Part shown: piece by piece, positions 40,942 through 64,000 of the stretch | Layout of the letters: each line of letters opens with the position of its first letter | Position numbering within the stretch: the first letter of the stretch is position 1 | Source of the DNA: the human T2T-CHM13v2.0 reference genome, Homo sapiens | Direction: 5' to 3' (one strand) | Assembly (NCBI RefSeq): GCF_009914755.1 | Contig: NC_060934.1 | Length of the DNA stretch: 64,000 bases | The notes under the pieces: model-generated | What the model was told of the DNA's origin: nothing | Databases searched by the model: none | Seen by the model: the letters and a program-made list of their open reading frames with translations, nothing else | Translations under genes and position numbers: made by a program

Positions 40942-40999
40942 TAGACAGGAGCACCACGGCGGAGAAGCAAGACAGCAGGACGGCCTGTCTCCAAGTCAT
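40942..40999 (-). CDS. UCMA: UCMA exon 1 coding part, signal peptide (MTWRQAVLLSCFSAVVLLS)
   Basis: ATG at 40999 in aagATGa context; donor |gtgagt; 58 nt. Confidence 0.96.
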
Positions 41000-41200
41000 C
41001 TTTGCAGAGGTAGGGGCTCCGTCCAGGACCCACAAGGCAGACCAGGCGTCCTGCACCCTTTGGGTCCCCACTTCTGAGGCAGGCAGCCCAGGCGAGAGGA
41101 AGGAAGGCGGGGGAGGGAAGAGAGAGGCAGGAGGCTGGGATACCACTGGGGGAGAGGAGGAGGGGGCTGGGCTGCCCTTTCCATTGGCTGCTCCTAGATG
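41000..41200 (-). promoter_or_regulatory. UCMA: UCMA 5'UTR / proximal promoter: GC/GA-box-rich tract and CCAAT box
   Basis: AGGCGGGGG at ~41105, purine-rich G tracts 41090-41170, ATTGG (CCAAT on -) at 41183-41187; no clear TATA box; TSS not determinable. Confidence 0.55.
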
Positions 41201-41667
41201 GAGCAACGGAGATGTTTTTGGCACCTGGCAAATGTCTCCAGAAGCAGAGCTTGTAGTTAGGGCCCTGGGTGGGACGGTCTTGGAGTGGCCTTTCCAATGT
41301 CCGTGTCTGGGGATCTGCTGCTGGGAAGGCTCATCCTAACAGTCAGGGTTCCAGTGACCAAGGCCTGTGTCAAGGAGGTCCTGGCACCTGCTCCAGGGAC
41401 GTTAGGGCCCCGGTCCTCAGGGTTGAAGCATGGGTGGGGGCAAGGAGGAAGAGAGGATCAATGGGGGAGTTTTGATCTAAATGTCAGTCAAGAAGGGCTC
41501 ATAATGACTGGAATACCCATCAGGGTGACACACAGACGTGTGGGTCATGCTGACAGCGACCAGAGAACACCTTACCTGATGCACTGCTTCCAGCTGATGC
41601 TCACTGCCAAGCCAAACACAAACTCCTGGGGCTGCGGGTCCCAGAGCCCTTTAAAGTCAATTGCCTT

Positions 41668-45073
<3,406 letters not shown>

Positions 45074-45879
45074 CTACTCAAACTAGAAGCTCCGGAGTCA
45101 TCGGAAATGCACAGCCTCGCCCCTCACAGCCCAGCTCCTTAGTCCTCAGACCCTGGTGACTCTATTGCTTACATCTTTTGAAATGCCCTCTGCTCTTGCC
45201 GGTCCCCTTGCTCCTGCCTTTCTCAGACACCATTGCTCTCCCGGATGATGGTGACAGCCTTGTCTAAGCTGAGGCTTAGACCCTCCATGTCGCTGGGAGG
45301 ATGGTCTTCCTGAACAACTTTCAGGTCAGTTCCCTGCTTAAAATCACTCCACGGTTCATTATTGTGTCGCGTTAGCTAACATGTATGCAATGCTCAGGAC
45401 GTGCCAGGTGACATTCAAGGACTTTGGGTGCATTGACTCTAATCCTCACTTCCATCCTTGTGACAGAGGAGGGGATTAAGGTACAGACAGGTAGAGCGAC
45501 TTGCTCAAGGCCATGCAGCTGGGCAAGTCCAGGGCTGAGACTGAACCCGGGGTAGCCTGGCCCCAGGTCTGTGTCATAACTGTCATACTGCACCGTCTCA
45601 CAGAGATGAAGACCAGCTCCCTCCTACCTCCTCCCCTCCACGGGCTCCTGTGCGCTGGAATACAGAGCTGCCTGCAGTTCTTCAAGAAGGCCTCACTTCT
45701 CTGGGCCTTTTGACAATGTTTTCCATTCCAGGAGGGTTTTGGGAACCCTTGTCCTTCAAGTTAATCTCAGCCATCACCTCCTCTTTGAAGGCTGCCTGAA
45801 TACCATGCCCTTGACCCATATAGATGAGTATCATGAAGCTGTTTTTACATTTTGTAATGTATGTATATGTATAAATGTA

Positions 45880-47293
<1,414 letters not shown>

Positions 47294-47584
47294 TCACATC
47301 ATATTTAAAATGTTCATTTATTCACCCATCTCCTTCAGTGCTGTGGTATCTCTTTGAGGGGATGTTGCCACCTTGTTCATACCTAATATGGTGCTGGTAC
47401 AGACCAGATGCTTCATAAATGTTTGCTGAATTCATCAACCGAAGTACTCTGGTATGAAAGCATTGAAAGAAAACATTTATGAGCTCATTTCAATGGGCTA
47501 GTCATAAGAAAGCACACAACCAGGAGCCTGAAATTTGCAAGTTTGTGTATCGCTGGGCTTAAGGTCTTTCCCAAGCAGAAGAGT

Positions 47585-48900
<1,316 letters not shown>

Positions 48901-49094
48901 ATGGCATTGACTCAATACACCACTTGGTCTACCAGGAACTGAGGGCATAACTCATGTAAAGTTGAAATGACCCTTGGGGAAAGGTGTTCATGTAAATGAG
49001 GTCGCAGAGGATGCCATGGCCCACTTATAAATGTTAACCTGAAACAAACATTCAAAAGCCCATTCATACACCTCATATTAAGAATATATAGTTG

Positions 49095-53977
<4,883 letters not shown>

Positions 53978-54919
53978 TTTTTTTTCATATTGTTAAGTTT
54001 TGTGCAATTATTGTGCAGTTATTTTACAATTAGGGAAATAGCCAAAACTGCTATTTAAGGAATTATACTGATCCTTCTAGATTCTGCTCAATTCTCTCTG
54101 CAGGAAGCTTCCTGAGGGCTCCAATGCCGCTGTCTCTGTCCTCTGAATTCCTCCTGGCCTGTGATCACCCCAGGGAACACAGCACTTCACGGGGACTAGT
54201 AAGTGCTTGTACTTTGTTTTAGGTTGATATCACACCGTTTCCCAGCCTGGAAGGCAGGGACTGGCACACCTTTGCAGGAAGCAGGGCCTCCGTACAGATG
54301 TATTATTGATAACCCGGGCCTGAGCTGGCGCCTGGAGAGGTGGCCATTTCTCTGATCAAAGGCTCTCTCTCTCTCTCTCTGCAGAAGAAACACAGAGCTG
54401 CTTTCTGGTTTCACGATGAACTTTATAGGGAAATGAAAAGAAAAAAAAAACGCATTGGCAAGGCCTGTGGAAGAAGCGATGGCCCAGCTGGCTGGGGTCC
54501 CTGGCCGTCCAGGAATCCAGTGAATGTATGGCTGTGTTCTGAGCCCCTCACAGCCCTGGCAGCTCCGCCAGCGCTCAGCCAGGGCTGTGTCTAGGTACAG
54601 CTTGAGGTAGGCCCATGGAGCACAGGAACTGAGCCACTTCAGGAAGCTAGAGCAGAGGCTGAGCCGTGCCAAAGGAGGCCAGGGACACAGGCCCCAGTCT
54701 TGTCCTCCGCGTGGGGATGGCTTTGAAGGAGAGCCTTGTGAAGAGGCTTTGCTATGCTAAGTCCTAAAAGATGGGCTTGGACAACCAAAAGAGCTGGAGA
54801 ATGGCAGGTTTGACCCCTTTCCCCGCTACCCTCCTACTGAATACCAAAATGTATCTTCCTGGGACGGAGTATTGTCCTATGTGAATTCCCAGTTGCTCCT
54901 CAGCCCCGAGGGATACATT

Positions 54920-55215
54920 AGAATGCCGCTTCCCCAAGGTTTGGAGTGAGTAGTACTACAAGATGCTCCAAGGTGAAAGGGTTCCACAGTCAAAAAAATT
55001 TGGGAAATATTACACACTCTATTCCCCTTTTCCCTACCAGAATCACACTGCACAGTAGTGTATTAAAGGCTCTGATGAGTCCTGCAGTTAGACAATCTGA
55101 CAAGTCGTGCAATCAGAAAATCTGTTTAATTTTGTTTTGAACTTCCCAAACCTCATTGACTATGCCATCTTTTATACGGAGCCCCTATTAACATCTCCTG
55201 GCCTACCTTAGGAAG
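54920..55215. mobile_element. MER103C-like hAT-Charlie element
   Basis: attaaaggctctgatgagtcctgcag...tgtttaattttgttt...ttcccaaac motif. Confidence 0.6.
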
Positions 55216-55294
55216 ATCTGAGTTGGTCATTTGATAGCAAGAAATTCTACATTCAGAATGGTCTTTAATTCAATTCAGTTTTCAGGACAAAGCA

Positions 55295-55649
55295 TGTATT
55301 AGTCTGTTCTCACAATGCTAATAAAGACGTACCTGAGACTGGGTATTTATAAAGGAAAGAGGTTTAATGAACTCACAGTTCTACATGGCTGGGGAGGACT
55401 CAAAACCACGGGAGAAGACGAACAAAGAGCAAAGGGGCATCTTAGATGGTGGCAGGCAAGAGAGCGTGTGCAGGGGAACCGCGCTTTATAAAACCATCGG
55501 ATCTCGTGAGACTTATTCACCACCACGAGAACGGTATGGGGGAAACTGCCCTCATTATTCAGTTATCTCCACCTGGCCCTGCTCTTGACACTTGGGGATT
55601 CTTACAATTCAAGGTGAGATTTGGGTGGGAACACAGCCAAACCATATCA
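55295..55649 (-). mobile_element. THE1-type MaLR solo LTR
   Basis: tgtattagtctgttctcac...acacagccaaaccatatca; 5-bp TSD AAGCA. Confidence 0.9.
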
Positions 55650-55657
55650 AAGCATGA

Positions 55658-58470
<2,813 letters not shown>

Positions 58471-58529
58471 TCAACAAAAAATGCTGGAGTCTGAGGAGCC
58501 AGCCATGTGTTAATGTTATTACATTATGT

Positions 58530-62980
<4,451 letters not shown>

Positions 62981-63539
62981 AAAAGAAAACAAAAAATTCT
63001 GATTCTTCTCAAACATTTTAAGTTGAGAGCTACAGTTTTGTTGTAAGTTTAAACAATTATAAATAATTTTAGGCATATTGTACGCATCAATATTTTTAAG
63101 TAAAATTGCTACATTGCTCTTTTGAATGCATCAAATGGAATCCAAATACAACAGTAGGTTTACAGCCACCATCATCCATTTTTTATAAACACATGAATAG
63201 GCTCTTCTTTAACAGTTCAAAATTTGACATATTTTTCCCTTTCTCGTTGATCTCTTATTTCCAGTCCACTGGATGAAATATCAAGGGCCTTTCTGTTCCA
63301 CTTCTTCCCAAAATATTTTCCTAATGTAATCAATGTTTAAGCTTGTAAGTCTGATTTATCACCTTGTCATACTTCTCTGCCAGTACATATTTTTTTTCTG
63401 AGGCCATAATTCCTAATGTTAGATGTTTTCTTTTGGAGTGAGTTGTCATTACAATTAATATTAGTGCATAACTAATCAAACAACCTAATGGTTATGTATT
63501 AAGTGACAAACAACAAATGATTATTTATACATGTTAAGT

Positions 63540-63830
63540 AATCATTAGACAATCTTCATAAAATGAAGGCAGTTGTTTGTGAATTAGATTATGTATCAGT
63601 AGACAGCTATTCCTTCTTAATAGATTGAGAGAAGACTCAGCAACAATATTCTTCCAATTTTTTTGTCTTATTTGAATAGAAGAGCTGAGGAAGCTTTTTC
63701 TCAGAAATAAGTAGATGGTGAGGCCAAAAAATTTATTATAGCAATGTCACTCAATTCTTTGAAAGCTGTTCAGTTATATTTCAAAAACCATATAGTGATC
63801 TATCATCAAATATTTACTTTCAGTAAAATT
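63540..63830 (-). mobile_element. hAT-Charlie transposase C-terminal fossil
   Basis: - strand translates (with stops and frameshifts) FDDRSLYGF*NIT..FKELSDIAIINFLASPSTYF*EKASSAL, resembling the hAT dimerisation motif LLPFPSTYLCExGFS. Confidence 0.65.
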
Positions 63831-64000
63831 AAAAGAAGATCTAATAGAACTGTCGAATAATATAATAATAATATTCATTATATTATTTTATAATACCATA
63901 TGTTATATAATATATTATTTAAATAATATAATTAATAAATATATTAATTTTAATATTATAATTTATATTATTTGATAGGTCTATTAGATCTTCTTTCAAT

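Noticed and set aside
63540-63830. Novel protein-coding exon on the - strand
   Set aside because: In-frame stops and frameshifts; best explained as a hAT-Charlie transposase fossil.

Overview
Human (or near-identical primate) genomic DNA from the MCM10-UCMA locus (10p13 by established synteny). The + strand carries the last nine coding exons of MCM10 (862-17846; 3'UTR to about 19645). The - strand carries the complete five-exon UCMA/GRP gene (CDS 40999->28830, 138 aa, poly(A) signal at 28507), convergent with MCM10. All exons were checked by hand for GT-AG boundaries and reading-frame continuity. The rest is very repeat-rich: dozens of Alus, L1, Tigger1, MER2, MER58A, THE1/MST/MLT LTRs, an LTR22 solo LTR and a Charlie transposase fossil. 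Almost all other ORF-track entries are repeat artefacts. I found no evidence of a new multi-gene system. The best oddities are: a decayed copy of UCMA exon 1 (with its ATG) inside UCMA intron 3; a decayed copy of an MCM10 exon start with a stop codon in the preceding intron; a TSD-less Alu where Tigger1 ends abruptly (possible Alu-Alu deletion allele); an unexplained 128-bp direct repeat between the genes; two tiny TSD-flanked retro-insertions; and two fold-back palindromes near the right end. Repeat coordinates and subfamily names are by eye and approximate.
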